Shown here one piece after another: positions 23,915 to 37,479 of a DNA stretch of 64,000 nt. This stretch comes from Malacoraja senta. Taxonomy: Eukaryota. The position numbers and the translations under genes were made by a program. The notes below the pieces were generated by a model. That model did not search any database and was not told the origin of the DNA. It was given only the letters and a program-made list of their open reading frames with translations. The stretch is from contig CM075990.1 of assembly GCA_038087875.1 (NCBI GenBank), positions 14,942,001-15,006,000 on the forward strand, in the 5' to 3' direction. The stretch's first letter is position 1; each line of letters begins with the position of its first letter.

Positions 23915-25289
23915 AATATATTCTACTCGGTAATCTGCCATAATAGTTTGTTATTGACTCTCTTAATGCCCATGTGGACAACATCCATTGCATTTTCCTT
24001 ATCTACCAGGTCACACAACTCCTTAATGAATTGGAAGTTTGTAGAGCACAATTTCAGTCATTTACTTAACAGCTCATTTCTTAATTGAAACTCTAATATT
24101 TTCTCCATCTCAATTTTAAATTAAGTGGCCTATAATTATGCTCATTAGGTCATCTTAAATATGGTAAATGCCTTTCAATGGTATTCAAGTGTGTCAGAGC
24201 ATCAGTGACATAAAAACGCAAAAGGAATTATTTTTTGTTAAACTTATTAAGTAAAAATAATGAGAACATAGAATAGCAGAGCAATAGAAGTGGCCCTTCG
24301 GCCCACAATGTCTGTGCCAAACATAATGCCAAGACTGACTCTTATCAGTCTGCACGTAATCCATATCCTCACATTCCCTGCATATCCATATCATCCAGAA
24401 GTCTATTAAATGTCACTGTTGTGCTAGATGTAGGTCTATTATGTGAACTAAAGAATGAAAAACAGAAAACCTTTCCTGCTCTCAACTTTGCCATTCAAAT
24501 GACTGAGCTTATACCTGGTGATCCCATTCAAATGACTGAGCTTTGCTGCATACCCCAGTTATACCTGGTGTAACGTTGAAGGACTTGGGTCTGAGTCCAG
24601 CGATAGAGCTGAAGAAGAAGCTTCACAGTGAAGCTCCCTCTGCACTGTCCCATCTCTCAATTGTTTCCTACCACATCCCACAACGTTTCCTGGCATCTAA
24701 CCTACACTGTCAATGGTTCAATGGTGCATTATTTGTTACATGGGCAACTGCAAAGTGAAATTCATTTTGCATGTTTGCACATGCAGGCACCGCCATGTTT
24801 TCCATACTTCTGAGCCCACGCGCTCTACTGGACCAGTCTACTGGACCAGTTCCTGATCCTGGTAAGCCCCAGGCTCCTGCAGGGCCTCCTCAGTCGCCCT
24901 CGACCATATTGGCCATCGTCCGTCTCCTCGCCGGCCAACTTTGTGTCCCGGGGATGGCTCCTACAGCAGTGAACTTGTCCACTTAGTTGTTTTCTCCACT
25001 TCAGAAGATGGTCCCAACTAGAAACATTGCCTATCCGTTTTCTCCTGAGATGCTGCCTGACCCACTGAGCTAGTCCATAGGACATGGAAACGCTCACTTT
25101 AAGCTTTTTTCACTTCCCGATTCACTGATAAAGTCGGCCTGACCCAAAACGCTACCCGTCCATGTTCTCCAGAGATGCTTCCTGACCTGCTGAGTTACTC
25201 CAGCACTTTGTGTCTTTTTTTGTGAGAGTTCCTTGTATTTACATTTTACTTGTATGGGAATTCCCGGATTTAGACTTGCCAATAAAAAA

Positions 25290-26540
25290 GGAATGACAAA
25301 TTGTTTTCTGAACAGCTCGGTGAGGAACTCTCAGACAGTGGCATTCCCATCCGCCTCATCTTTCCAGGTTGAAGTGCTGTCAGAGCCGTCATGGTGAATC
25401 ACTGCAGTATATATTATGGATGCAGTGTGCACCATCTGCACTGTGTCAATCAGGAGAGCTGCTTTATCTTGGATGTTGTCAAGTTTCTTGTTTGCAGTTG
25501 GTGCTCATTTATCTATACAAAGCAGAGGATACCGTGTTACACTTCTGACTTGAACCTTGCAGGTGGAAATGCTTTGAGTGTCAGGAGATGCATCACCTGC
25601 TGCAAGTTACCTGGCTTCTGCTCTGTTCTTATTGCTGCAGTACATTTGCAGCTGGTTCTAACTAGAGTCAAGAGTCTTACAGCATGGGAACAGGCCCTTC
25701 AGCCCAACTTGCCCACACCAGCCAACATGTCCCATTTGCACTGACTCCACTTGCCTGCAGGCTGGTAGGTTATTTAATTTGTCCCTTGTATAAATTCCAA
25801 GTTGCCCCTAGTGTGTCAGTTACTACAGTCATTGAGTGTGGAAACAGGCCCTTCAGCCCAACTTGCCCACACTGGTCAACATGTCCCATCTACACTTGAC
25901 CCACCTGCCTGTGTTTGGCCCATATCCCATTAAACCTGTCCTATCTATGTACCTGTCTAAATGTTTCTTAAACGTTGCAATAGTCCCTGCCTCGACTACC
26001 TCCTCCGGCAGCTCATTCCATACACCCACCACCCTTCGTGTGAAACAGTTGCGCATCTTGTTCCTATTAAATCTTCCCCCCCCCACCCTCACCTTAAACT
26101 TATTCTTGATTCCTCCACTCTGGGCAAGAGACTCTGTGCGTCCACCCGATCTATTCCTCTTATGATTTTGTACACGTCTGTAAGATCACCCCTCATCTTT
26201 GGTAAATGCCAGCTCAAGTAGTTGAACGTTAGGAGTAGGGTTGGAGTCTCTCTTGTTGCAGATGGTCATCGCATCACAGGGCATAGGGCACAGATGTTAT
26301 TTGTAGCTATCACCATGCCTAAATGGTTCTGTAATGGACAGATGTCGACTGCTACTTTATCTGAAGCATGGTCAAAGGAACTGAACATGATGCAATTCAT
26401 AGTGAACACCTCCATTAATGATGAAGCACCTGAAGGTTGGAGCTAGTAAACAGCCTTCAGGAATTATGGCCGACTTCCAATCAACCACAGCCATATTCCT
26501 TATCCAAGTTGAATCATTTTTCATCTTCCCAAAATAAAAA
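25290..26540 (-). mobile_element. Old CR1/L2-group LINE RT relic interrupted by younger CR1 pieces (about 25665-26197)
   Basis: IPEGCLLAPTFRCFIING resembles VPQGSVLGP..F..FIND; the CR1 insert translates FTRRVVGVWNELPEEVVEAGTIATFKKHLD. Confidence 0.6.
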
Positions 26541-27876
26541 AAATTTGAACTTATGGTACATGCATTAAGAAAATCGCCCAATTAAATTTAAATTTAAATG
26601 ACATGAAAAATATCTCAAAGAAACTAACCTGATAATATAAAAGACTCACTTTATTTTTGGTCTGGAGTTGTCTATAAAAATGCTTCTGATTATTTTTGGT
26701 GACAGAATACATTTTTGGCAGGCACACAAGACTCAAAGAAACTGGGTAAGATCAATACCCTAAGGTTGGTCGACTTCTCATTCATCACTATTTCACTTTT
26801 AAGTTGTAAACATGCGATTAATTTTTATCTAGCAGCTTTTGTAATGCTTAACTAGAATCATGTGGACGTGGGAAATCAATGAAGGATTACATAAATAGTA
26901 AAAAGTGATTGGTATTTTTTTTTGATTTTCTCAATGGTAAATTGCCATATTATAAAAACTTGATGTCAGAGAGTTGAGGCAAGGAAGTCTTCATTCCTGT
27001 CATCCTGGTTTACACCAGTGAGCAGAATGCAGGCTGTCCCCTGTGTCACTAGCAAAAGATTTACTGGGCTGCACCCATGCACCACTCTTCATACATGGTG
27101 TTGGAATACGTCATGTGGTGTCTGCTCTAAATTACAGAAGTTTGTCCCAGGAGGGATCTATAAAGTCTAGAAAAGCAAATGAGAACTTGCAAAAAATGGT
27201 CCGATCTTTGGAACATGATTTGTTCTTCTGAAAAATTAAACGTTAAGTTTAGACTTGCGTTGCCTGCAATGCGTGAATTCTATTGTGGAGTTCTCTTCAT
27301 AGACATGATGGGACATCTCTAGGATTGATGATATTGTGCTTGTAAAGGCCTTGGGCCCGAATAGAACACCTGCAACTTACTGGGGGGAAAAAAAGACAAT
27401 TGTTGAAAATGTGAAATAAAAACAGAAAAAAATGCTGGAAATACTCGACAGGTCAGGTCTTGCTATGGAAAGAGAAACAGGTCATTGAAAAGATCTGAAG
27501 CATTATCTTTATTTTTTCTTTACACGGATTCTGCCTGACCAACTGAGTTTGCAGCAAGTTCCGCTTGAGTATTGGTGCACACACCCACCCTGCCAGTTCC
27601 CCGTGCATCCTGTTCACTGCCTTGCCCACCCCTCATGTAAAACCAATGTTGGTATTGTTGGTATTGTATAAAAATAATTGTATTTTGGAATTGGCTCAAC
27701 CCCAATTTCCATCTACTCCTCTCTGATCTACAGCACCAACTTGTGTATGTCCTGACAACTGGACGATGGAGAGATGGAAATGACCCACGCAGGCAGAAAA
27801 AAAATCATTTGCATTGAGCTTGACTTGATCTGAATTTTGGCTCCCAAAATGAGCTCCCAAAATGAGCCAAAATGAG

Positions 27877-28312
27877 GTCATACGTGATAGGAGCAGAATT
27901 AAGCCATTCGGCCCCTAAAGTCTACTCCGCCATTCAATCATGGAAGATTTATCTCTCCCTCCAAACCCCATTCTCCTGCCTTCTCCCCATACCCCCTGAT
28001 ACCTGCATTAATCAATAATCTATTTATCGCTGCCTTAAAATATCCATTGACATGGCCTCCACAGCAAAGAATTCCATAGATTCACCACCCTCTGATTATA
28101 GAAATTCCTCCTCATCTCCTTCCTAAAGGAACATCCTTTAGTTCTGAGGCTAGCACCTCTAGTCCTAGACTCTCCCACTAGTGGAAACATCCTCTCCACA
28201 CCTACCCCTTTCCAAGCCTTTCACTATTTTGTATGTTTCAATGAGGTCCCCCTCATTCTTGTAAACTCCAGCGAGTACAGGCCCAGTGCTGTTAAACGCT
28301 CATCATATGTTC
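27877..28312 (-). mobile_element. CR1 LINE 3' fragment
   Basis: Reverse-complement CR1 ORF2 end and 3'UTR. Confidence 0.88.
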
Positions 28313-28381
28313 CTCATTCACCCTTAGTAGTGAGAACACTGACAGGATCATGGGGGCTCATTACAGTATTATATATAGTGT

Positions 28382-28857
28382 AAGGTACACAAAAATGCTG
28401 GAGAAACTCAGCGGGTGCAGCAGCATCTATGGAGCGAAGGAAATAGGCAACGTTTCGGGCCGAAACCCTTCTTCAGACTGATAGGGGGTGGGGAGAAGAA
28501 AGGAAAAAAGGAAAAAGGCGGAGGAGGAGCCTGAGGGCTGGGGGAGGGGAGGAGACAACCAGAGGGCTGATGAAGGGGAGGGGACAGCAAGGGCTAGCAG
28601 AATTGGGAGAATTCAATGTTCAAGCCCCCAGGATGTAGACTGCCCAAGCGGAATATGAGGTGCATTTCCTCCAATTTACGGTGTTGCTCGCTGTGGCCAT
28701 GGAGGAGACCCAGGACAGAGAGGTCAGATACGGAATGGGAGGGGGAGTTGAAGTGCTGAGCCACCGGGAGGTCAAGTTGGTTAATGCGGACCGACCGGAG
28801 GTGTTCGGCGAAACGATCGCCAAGCCTCCGCTTGGTCTCACCGATGTAGATCAGTGA
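28382..28857 (-). mobile_element. 5'-truncated PLE: GIY-YIG plus pLTR with intact hammerhead core (28449-28476)
   Basis: LIYIGETKRRLGDRFAEHLRSVRINQ...RLGSLHPGGLNIEFSQFC*; 12-bp TSD tatatatagtgt (28370-28381 and 28858-28869). Confidence 0.93.
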
Positions 28858-29159
28858 TATATATAGTGTGGTCACTTGCTGACAGCACCCCCATGTCATG
28901 TGCCAGGTGCAAATCTAGTAATGATTTGTCCACAACTTGGTGTCGAGAGGCTTCCCTTGAGGGTGGTATTGTGGGATGAGGCGGGAGGGGGGGAGGGGGG
29001 TAGTGGTAGTGGTGGTGGTGGAAGGGTGGGCAGTGAACGCCCCTCAGTGAGGCTCTGGACTGCACCCTAACAAAACAAGAAAGCAAGTCACAATCTTTTC
29101 AACAGTCCTGCCTTTGTTACCAGTCACATTTTTGCAGTAGTCCTGATGTTGACTAGTAC

Positions 29160-29500
29160 ATGGAACACAGGACAGTACAGGCCCTTCAGCCCACAAAGTC
29201 TGTGCTGTACATGATGCCAAGGCCATCACGTACCTTCCTGCAAATAACCCATAATCTATTTTTTCTTTGCACATCCAAACACCTATCCAAAATTATTTTA
29301 AATGGCACTAACATACGTGCTTCAAGCCTATTCCTAGCAGCACGTTCCAGGCACTCACCACCCTCTGTGTAAACAAAAAGCTTGCTCTGCAAATCTCCTT
29401 TAAATGTTGCTTTTCTCACCTTAAAGCTAGGCCCTCTAGTATTTGATTTTTCTATTCCGGGAGAAAAAGATTCTGACTGTCTACCCTATCTATGCCTCTC
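29160..29500 (-). mobile_element. CR1 LINE 3' fragment
   Basis: Matches the other CR1 3' ends in the window. Confidence 0.8.
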
Positions 29501-29631
29501 ACACAAATGTTTGTGCGCCAGATGCTTAATTATTTTAGCGCTGGTCTTTTAATGAAACAGAAGACATGCGGGTACATTCAATTTATAATGTAATTTTCAC
29601 ATTGAGTGACCACATATTCAATTGAACAACT

Positions 29632-29920
29632 GCGGCACAGAGGTAGAATTGCTGCCTTACAGCGCTTACAGCACCAGAGACCCTGCTTCGATCCCGACTA
29701 TGGGTGCTGTCTGTACGGAGTTTGTACATTACCCCTGTGACCACGTGGGTTTTCTCCGAGTTTTTGGTTTCCTCCCACACACCAAAGACGTACAGGTTTG
29801 TAGGTTACTTGGCTTGGTATAAATGTAAATTGTCCCTGATGTGTGTGTAGGGTAGTATTGGGTCGGCGCGGACTCGGTGGACTGAAGGGCCTGGTTCCGC
29901 GCTGTATCTCTAAACTAAAC
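29632..29920 (+). mobile_element. V-core SINE (HE1-like)
   Basis: Head, core and ctaaactaaac tail. Confidence 0.88.
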
Positions 29921-30906
29921 CACATCCTGAGTGAATGCACAGAGAAGAAAATGCTGTTAGCCTGGGGTAATTGGTGATGTTGAGATGGTGAAATCTGTTG
30001 GTCTTTGGCCGCTATAAAATGAATGACCAACTGCTCAGATTGAAACATATTTTACCACCACAAGGTTCACAGGTAACTCATAAAACCCAGTGTTTTACAT
30101 GGTGTTTATAAAGAGCCCTCTTTGTATGAAGCACTGTACCCTATGATAATTAAGCTGACACTCCTATCCTTTGTTATGTAGCCCTTGGCAAAAAACAGCC
30201 TTCTGCACCTGTTTAAACCTTTATATGAATTGTTTGAAATGCAAACAGTTGACTTGGGAGCACATTATATTGAAGCATTATTCTACAAGGCAATTAATTT
30301 ATACTACGGTCTAATTACATAGCTTTCTTTAAATGAATGAAAATGCAATAATAGTTCTTTGTAGTTAATCTGATATGAAGTTTGATGTAACTTCATATAA
30401 AAGATGAAAGCCTTGGCCTAATAAAATGATGTAGGATCTTTCAAACCTGGGCAGTGATGATGTGAATAGTTAACTTTTAATGGCTGCAGAATAATCCCCG
30501 AGCAAACAGTTGCTTTTAATGCATGGTGAATAATCAGAGTTGAAAATATTCTAAAATAACTGACTGAAATGAATCTTGGAAAATTGTTTTTAAAAAGCTA
30601 TGTATTACACTAAGTGACTCAGTGGCACTCCTCTTTGCTTGTACGAGTTTCACATTCAAAATTGCTCTATTAGGATAGGTGAATTAGCCCAGTCTGCCTT
30701 TGTATAACAAGGCATTCTCAAATTGTTGATCGACTTCAACATTGTGCATTGTGTTGTGCTAAAAGCACGTCACCTCTATATTGGTCATCGTTTATTCAAA
30801 TCTATTTCACTATTGTATTGGCATAAAGCACAGAATGGACATTACACTCAGGGAATCATTGAAACTGAAGGCCTCACAACTCTCAAAGCACAGACATAAC
30901 TTAGTT

Positions 30907-31040
30907 ATGTAAAAGGATCTCAACCCGAAAATGTCCCCCGTTCCTTCTCTCCAGAGATGTTTCCTGTCCCACTGAGTTACTCCAATCTTTTGTGTCTATC
31001 TTCAGTGTAAACCAACATCTTCAGTTGCTTCCTACCCACA
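30907..31040 (+). mobile_element. Solo PLE pLTR unit (decayed core)
   Basis: 11-bp TSD ataacttagtt (30896-30906 and 31041-31051). Confidence 0.85.
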
Positions 31041-31186
31041 ATAACTTAGTTCTGCATGGGTGCAGGAATTAGCACTTAGTTATGTGCATATTATCACCAC
31101 AATGTCACTCAAAGAGTTGGAGGTGGGATAGGACATATGACCAGCCCCAAATGGACAACTATTGCAGTCAACTTAAACAGAATAAC

Positions 31187-31590
31187 ATGTACACCTCCAT
31201 CCCCCACCAGGAAGGCCTAAAAGCCCTCTGTTTCTTCCTCAACTGCAGAACCAGCCAATTTACCCCAACTAACACTCTCCTCCACCTAGCAGAGCTGGTC
31301 ATCACCCTTAATAACTTCTCCTTCGACTACTCCAACTTTCTCCAAATCAAAGGCGTATCTTTGGGCACCCGCATGGGCCCCAGCTATGCCTGCCTCTTTG
31401 TAGGGTAAGTTGCACAATCCCTGTTCCTGGCGTACACTGGCCTTATCCCCAAACTCTATCTTCGTTACATTGATGACTGCATCGGTGCTACCTTCTGCAC
31501 CCGCACAGAACTCATGGACTTTAGTAACTTCATCACCAATTTCCATCCTGCAATCAAATTCACTTAGACTGCCTCCAACACCTTCCTCCT
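31187..31590 (+). pseudogene. PLE reverse transcriptase fragment
   Basis: YTSIPHQEGLKAL...KGVSLGTRMGPSYACLFVG*...YLRYIDDCIG (motifs B' and C). Confidence 0.9.
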
Positions 31591-32349
31591 CTTATCAAAC
31601 AGAAAAATCTCTGTTTAAAAGGTTAAAAACACACAGAAGATATAGTTTAAGAAAGAACTGCAGATGCTGGAAAAATTGATGGTAGACAATAAAGCTATAG
31701 TGATATTTCCTCATAAAAGTATTCTAATTTGTCTGGATTCCGCATAGTGCGTAGAAAATTGTTGCATCTGACATCAGCAAAAATTAGTTAACTGGATCAG
31801 TGAGGCCACCAATCTTGACTGATGAGAACCACCCAAAATATCTCCAGGCTGACTGCAATTGTCACGATTTGCAGCCTTCAAATGAATGTCTCCAACATCG
31901 CATCCACATCTGGTCGGATCCATTATCCGACCAATGAAAAGAAATGGGAATTGCAAGAAGCCACCATTCAGGTGTTCCTTTGTCGCTAATACTTATCAAC
32001 TTGCCTCCAGTCAGTTTATTTGTTCGCCATCACCCTTCAGCACGGTGGGCTCCATGGTGGTGAGGCTCGTTGAGCTGCTGCCTCACAGCTCCAGTCACAC
32101 GCGATCAACGCTCAAATCCTATTTGCAGCTTCTTTCTTCAGGATTGGCAACCACTTCAAAAGGACCACATTCTTCTGAAGTAATGGAAAGGGCACAGTTG
32201 GCTAATTCACCAGTCTATCAAAAGCAACCTGGCTGAACTTTTTATTCCGAACACGACGCTAACTTTGGTTTCCAATCACATTCTTCATGACGAGTCAAAG
32301 ATTTAAGTTGGACCGCTGCAGATTTACAAGATGACACTTTAGTGTCAAA

Positions 32350-32582
32350 GAGTCATAGAGTGATACAGTGTGGAAAAAGGTCCTTCGGCCCAACTTGCCC
32401 ACACCGGACAACATGTCCCATCTACACTAGTCCCACTTGCCAGCATTTGGTCCATATCCCTCCAAACCTGTCCCATCCATGTACCTCTCTAACTGTTTCT
32501 TAAATGTTGGGATAGCCCCAGCCTCAACTACCTCCTCTAGCAGCTTGTTCCATACACCCACCACCCTTTGTGTGAAAAAGTT
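32350..32582 (-). mobile_element. CR1 LINE 3' fragment
   Basis: FFTQRVVGVWNKLLEEVVEAG. Confidence 0.88.
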
Positions 32583-34219
32583 GTGGAAAAAGTGTGAAAA
32601 ACCTAATAGCATCTTAAAATAATTTATGAATATGATAAAAAGAAACAAATCTTATTATCTATGACAGCAGTTTTAATTACAGTGGCAGAGTAACCAGTGT
32701 AGGTTTTGGTTGGATACATCACTGCTGTTGCATTTTCAACGGAAAGCACATTTAGAAGGATGTGGCAGTATTTGTTCTGGGATTTCCCTGTCAGTGGTGT
32801 TTAGGGAGATTGTATGCCAGAGGATGCCCTTCATGTGCAGAGAGGTCAGTTTTCTTGACTTTCAGAAGCAATGAATTAATAGTGGGGTTAAGATGAAGCT
32901 GGGATACGTTTGAGTGCGGAGTTAGCACCAATGAGCATTTGTAATGAGATTATAATTATTGAAATAAAGAGTTGGCAGTGAATTCTGACTCATTCAGTTG
33001 CCGAGGGCTTCTGGCTTGTTCTGGTTGCACTTCCTTTCTTTGCCTACACTAGGTATACCTGCTGTTGGTTCAAGCGGCTTGCCAACACTGACATCTGCTC
33101 AATGTAAGCACCATGAATTTGAATGTCAATATCTTTGCCTTGGAAGTAACAGAGAAGTATTTGTCACCCAGTGGCATTCATTCTTCAAATAAAAGGTTAT
33201 CCCGACAGGCCCTTTAATCAACAAGCAGGTCTTTTCTGTCAGCAATAGCTTTAAAATATTAGTGAGAAACACTTGCCTCCACTGCACAGCATGATGAGTG
33301 GTGTGATTGATCTCTGAAAATCATTTTCTGATGCGCTCGTTGCTGCATATTAGATCACCAGAAAGCCATCATGTAATTCAGTGTTATCACATTTGGGTTA
33401 GGCGGACGTGAAATCAGTCTTGTGTGTTTTGTTCATTTACTGATAGTGAAGCTGGGAAGAAAAAAAATCGTGATATTTACAGATATTCTGAGATATAATG
33501 AGCTTTCCCAAATTTGACTTTGAATTGTCCAGAAATGTAAACACTAATATAATTCAGCTGCATTTTTTATAATGGGTAGCATTAAGGAGCATTAACAGAT
33601 TTATTTTACTATCAGCATATATCAATGGTACTTTAATTGCTCATTGAGAGTAGGTGAGGTGTACACTGTAAATGGATCGATTGTAATCATGTATTGTCTT
33701 TCTGCTGACTGATTAGCATGCAACAAGAGCTTTACACTATACTGTGGTACGTTGGCTGATCCTTTATAAAGTTGTACTTGGTTGGATGAACTTCTTCAAA
33801 AGATAGAGAGTGAAGCCTTAGCTCAGTAATCAAATGAATTGTTAGCTGAGATTAAGTTCTCATAAATCAATAACATTCTGATATGGAAGCAAAAGTGCAT
33901 CCGATTAGGACGTTCATGAGAATCAAGTTCTTCTGCTAGAGTTTGAACGTTAAATTCTCTAATTTTAAGTAACGTCTACTAACGAACCCTCCTCTCCTTG
34001 CCCCCTTCCTCCAGCCTTGTTGTTTAACCTGTTCAACTGTTCGCAAGCAGTATCTCTCGCCAACAATTGGCCTACCATCTCTCTGCTGCCTTCAGGAGCC
34101 TGAAATCTGCAACATCCAGGTTCAGGAACAGCTACTTCCCCACAGCCATCAGACTATTAAACTCAACTCAAACAAAAATCTGAACTTTAATAGCCTATTG
34201 CACTTTATATGCTTATTTA

Positions 34220-34251
<32 letters not shown>

Positions 34252-35868
34252 CAGTGGCTTGCAAAAGTTTTCATACCCCTTGAACTTTTCCACATTTTGT
34301 CACGTTACAACCACAAACGTAAATGTATTTTATTGGGATTTTATGTGATAGACCAACACAAAGTGGTGCATAATTGTGAAGTGGAAGGAAAATGAAACAT
34401 GATTTTCAATTTTTTTTACAAATAAAAAACTGAAAAGTGTCGCGTTCAAAAGTATTCAGCCCCCCTGAGTCAATACTTTGTAGAACCACCTTTCGCTGCA
34501 ATTACAGCTGCAAGTCTTTTGGGGTATGTCTCTACCAGCTTTGCACATCTAGAGACTGAAATTTTTGCCCATTCTTCTTTGCAAAATAGCTCAAGCTCAG
34601 TCAGATTGGATGGAGAGCGTCTGTGAACAGCAATTTTCAAGTCTTGCCAGAGATTCTCAATTGGATTTAGGTCTGGACTTTGACTGGGCCATTCTAACAC
34701 ATGAATATGCTTTGATCTAAACCATTCCATTGTAGCTCTGGCTGTATGTTTAGGTTCGTTGTCCTGCTGGAAGGTGAACCTCCGCCCCAGTCTCAAGTCT
34801 TTTGCAGACTCTAACAGGTTTTCTTCCAAGATTGCCCTGTATTTGGCTCCATCCATCTTCCCATCAACTCTGACCAACTTCCCTGTCCCTGCTGAAGAAA
34901 AGCATCCCCACAGCATGATGCTGCCACCACCATGTTTTACAGTGGGGATGGTGTGTTCAGGATGATGTGCAGTGTTAGGTTTCCGCCACACATAGCGTTT
35001 TGCATTTAGGCCAAAAACTTCAATTTTGGTCTCATCTGACCAGAGCACCTTCCTCCACAAGTTTGCTGTGTCCCCCACATGGCTTGTGGCAAACTGCAAA
35101 CGGGACTTCATATGGCTTTTTTTCAACAATGGCTTTCTTCTTGCCACTCTTCCATAAAGGCCCGATTTGTGGAGTGCACGACTAATAGTTGTCCTGTGGA
35201 CAGATTCTCCCACCTGAGCTGTGGATCTCTGCAGCTCCTCCAGAGTTATCATGGGCCTCTTGGCTGCTTCTCTGATCAATGCTCACCTTGCCCGGCCTGT
35301 CAGTTTAGATGGACGGCCATGTCTTGGTAGGTTTGCAGTTGTGCCATACTCTTTCCATTTTCGGATGATGGATTGAACAGTGCTCCGTGAGATGTTCAAA
35401 GCTTGGGATATTTTTTTATAACCTAACCCTGCTTTAAACTTCTCCACAACTTTATCCCTGACCTGTCTGGTGTGTTCCTTGGGCTTCATGATGCTGTTTG
35501 TTCACTAATGTTCTCTAACAAACCTCTGAGGCCTTCACAGAACAGCTGTATTTATACTGAGATTAGATTACACACAAGTGGACTCTATTTACTAATTAGG
35601 TGACTTCTGAAGGCAATTGGTTGCACTGGATTTTATTTAGGGGTATCAGAGTAAAGGGGGCTGAATACTTTTGCACGCGACACTTTTCAGTTTTTTATTT
35701 GTAAAAAAATTTGAAAACCATGTATCATTTTCCATCCACTTCACAATTATGCGCCACTTTGTGTTGGTCTATCACATAAAATCCCAATAAAATACATTTA
35801 CGTTTGTGGTTGTAATGTGACAAAATGTGGAAAAGTTCAAGGGGTATGAATACTTTTGCAAGCCACTG
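34252..35868 (-). mobile_element. Full-length Tc1/mariner transposon, Passport-like, IR-DR type, 1617 bp
   Basis: ~213-bp TIRs (34252-34465 and 35656-35868) beginning cagtggcttgcaaaag with an internal direct repeat caaaagtattca; TA TSDs at 34250-34251 and 35869-35870. Confidence 0.97.
34470..35489 (-). pseudogene. Tc1 DD34E transposase, 339 codons, one in-frame TGA (35283-35285)
   Basis: ORFs 35283..35489 and 34470..35279 are in the same frame; paired-like HTH, GRP motif, WSDETK / FQQDNEPKH / SPDLNPIE with 34 residues between the second D and E. Confidence 0.95.
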
Positions 35869-36009
35869 TATATTCAATGGTATATGGACACACTGAACTG
35901 TTCTGTATTTATGATTACAATATTCCGCTGTGCTGAAGCAAAGCAAGAATTTCATTGTCCTATCTGGGACACATGACAATAAACTCTCTTGAATCTTGAA
36001 CTTGAACTA

Positions 36010-36205
36010 CCAGTGCATAACCCTGCCTGAGGTCATTTGTTGCTGGTCCTTATTTGTCCCGGTCTTTCCTTGCCTCCAGCTCTTCCCCCCCCCCCATCTC
36101 CAACCCCCTACTTTAAGTCTGAAGAAGGGTCCTGACCCAAAACGTCACCTATCCTTTTTCTGCAGAGATAATGCTTGACCCGTTGAGTTACTCCAGTCTA
36201 TCTTT
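36010..36205 (+). mobile_element. PLE pLTR unit
   Basis: ctgaagaagggtcctgacccaaaacgtcacc (G12 mutated). Confidence 0.8.
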
Positions 36206-37479
36206 GTTTTTCTTGTAGGACCTCAGTTCCCACTGCCAGTGGAGGAGATACAATGGTCTGAATAGCTACCTCGTTGACTAAATTGATGTCAGAACCAGAA
36301 GTTTTATTCACTTAGAATAAATGTATCAAATATCATAACTTTGGAACCTATGCTAATATCGGGGACAGTCTGTACTGAAAAATTAGACTACCAAGTAATA
36401 CAATAATAATTCAATATTGACAAACCAAATGAGCAGTAAGAATACAGAGGACAAATTTATGATGTGCATAAAATATGGTTTTCTAGATTAGTATCCTGAG
36501 CAACCAATAAGGAAACATGTTTTTTAGATCTAGTATTGAGCAATAACAATTGATTAATCAATAACTTAGCAGTTCAGGCCCATGGGGAAAGTTGATCATG
36601 GCAGAATTGAAATTAAAACCACAATCTGAAACCTGGGTCTTAAACAATGAAGGCATGTCAAGATATGAGTTGGTTATGGTAGATTGGAAAGCTGCATTTA
36701 AAGCTATGAAATGAAACGGCTGAGATTTTAAAAATAGTTTCGAATAAAAGAACACCTCCTCTAAAGCACAAAAACCAAAGAGGTGTTAAAAATATAGTAT
36801 CAATATATCTTAGAATGTTAGTTAAAAAAACGGTAGTTCCGATGACTGGAAATGTTTCAGAATTTTGCAAAGGACCAAAGGATTATTAAGTAAATGAAAG
36901 GTAGAATATCAACTATTGAGAAACAAAAGTAACTTATAAATACTTCAATATACATGAGTATAATCACACATAAGTACAAGAGTGCAAAGATTGTTGTGTA
37001 AAAATAGATGTCTTTTGAGTCAGTACACAATAAGCCATAACATTTCTGGCAACATTTCTTTCCGTCTAAAGTATCAAGTTCGTAAAAATATTGAATCCTA
37101 CAAGACCTGTTGTCCTGGCAATGCACTGGGTCGGTTGTGTAGGGAACGGCTTGGCCTGGCGATGTTAGTGTCCTCCACTGCCACTCTGTGTGGCCACATC
37201 TGATCTGCCAGCTCGAACTCTATGGAGCATCCAGTGGCGCCTGATCCACGCGATCCCCCTGCTACTGTAGGGCCTCCAGCAGCCCACTCCACCGACACCT
37301 CAACCTGTAAATGTGTGCTCCTCTCATCTCCAGCTATGTACAACGGGGCACCTCCCATAGCTGATCTCAGCAGTCCTGGAGAGCTTCCGAAGGCGTCGGC
37401 GGTGAGCCCTCAACCATCTCACACAACTCCCAATCTTCTCCTCTGTCCACCGTCATCACTATCTTGAGAGATGGTGGAA

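Larger units (their letters stand above)
34075..36008 (+). mobile_element. Rex1/Babar 3' end hosting the Tc1 insertion
   Basis: aggttcaggaacagctacttccccacagccatc before, and gacacatgacaataaactc(cttgaa)n after the Tc1; an uninterrupted relative lies at about 42518-42781. Confidence 0.8.

Noticed and set aside
24491-24570. Local direct repeats (ccattcaaatgactgagctt twice, tatacctggtg twice)
   Set aside because: Consistent with a small slippage or repair duplication; no element features.
31750-32340. Possible old hAT transposase relic (KLISI...GTP on the minus strand)
   Set aside because: Only a weak partial motif across frameshifts; needs a profile search.
37080-37470. Possible Gypsy integrase C-terminus or proline-rich ORF
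   Set aside because: Resemblance too weak and no catalytic motifs visible.
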